Source: Octopus bimaculoides
Lineage: Eukaryota
DNA: 36,164 bases
Assembly (NCBI RefSeq): GCF_001194135.2
Contig: NC_068995.1
Coordinates: forward strand, 11,432,206-11,468,369
Direction: 5' to 3'
Shown here: positions 35,470-36,164 of the stretch, piece after piece
Layout: each line of letters begins with the position of its first letter
Numbering within the stretch: the first letter of the stretch is position 1
Notes under the pieces: model-generated
Database searches by the model: none
Told to the model about the DNA's origin: nothing
Seen by the model: the letters and a program-made list of their open reading frames with translations, nothing else
Program-made: the position numbers and the translations under genes

Positions 35470-35841
35470 GTATATTACTCTATATAATTTTGATCCTCTA
35501 TATTCCGATTTCAACATCAAGTTGCAGGGGGGATTTAACATTTCATTATTTTCAAGTGTTATGTTGGGCTCACGTCGGTCTCGTTCCATCACGCTTCTGT
35601 GCCTTCATGTACAGGCCTAGGAAAGATTTTTTGTTTTTGTTTGAAGTCATTCATGCATGCGAGGCTCTTCTCCCCACGCCACTCATGTTTATCTAAAAGA
35701 AAAGTTGCCAACCTGAAGCGATATAGATTGTTTTCCTTCCCGAGTCATATAGACAAGCAGGGGCAAGTTTCTCAGATTTCCATGGCATATATATATTCCC
35801 CTCGTGGACGTGATGTCGCTCCGTCACTGGATTACCCATAT

Positions 35842-36046
35842 ATTTTGCTGCTGTTGTTTATTACTCCAGGTCAGCACACTTCGAGCTGAAGCCTATGATA
35901 AAAGACGTTCCAGTTGTGGCAATCCAGTCTTTTATTTTAATTATTCATTTACCTTTATTGTTTTATATCAATTTATTTATCTATTGCTTTATTACTTTAC
36001 TATCTTACTAAAAGTGTTTTCCCATTTTTAACTCAACAGTTGTATG
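35842..36046 (-). repeat. Right arm of the perfect 205-bp inverted repeat
   Basis: Exact reverse complement of 34395-34599, with abrupt ends on both sides. Confidence 0.97.
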
Positions 36047-36164
36047 TAAAAACAAATAGTAAATGAGTACATGCATATATACGTACAGGTATGTGCATAC
36101 CGACATCCACCTGTATGTATAGGTGCATATCTGGGTACAGGACATTGCAAACAAAACAGAGACG

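Noticed and set aside
35870-35935. Apparent exon after ttactccAG (VSTLRAEAYDKRRSSCGNP)
   Set aside because: It lies wholly inside the right inverted-repeat arm (SINE-like sequence) and has no good donor.

Overview
This is AT-rich eukaryotic genomic DNA, about 13% N (10 gaps, 4,718 nt, each bordered by a (TA)n tract). It is dominated by microsatellites, several tRNA-derived SINE families and decayed transposon remnants: a CR1-group LINE ORF2, two Tc1/mariner transposase fragments, a mariner MITE and a DINE-1/HINE-like end. The SINE sequences match my recollection of octopus SINEs, so the source is probably an Octopus draft assembly (inference). Most of the window looks intronic. A few short + strand segments have good splice sites and compatible phases (23943-24001, 27177-27256, 34003-34124, 35275-35469) and may be exons of one gene that I cannot name. 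The first two give a weak, hand-aligned resemblance to DFF40/CAD. Almost all long entries in the ORF track are artefacts of N runs or microsatellites. The most striking structure is a perfect 205/205-bp inverted repeat (34395-34599 and 35842-36046) that brackets the best exon candidate. Also notable are two degenerate tandem arrays (about 30-bp and about 43-bp period), a roughly 110-nt foldback, and a codon-biased low-complexity ORF with a 22-bp tandem repeat. There is no sign of prokaryotic genes, CRISPR arrays, rRNA or true tRNA genes.
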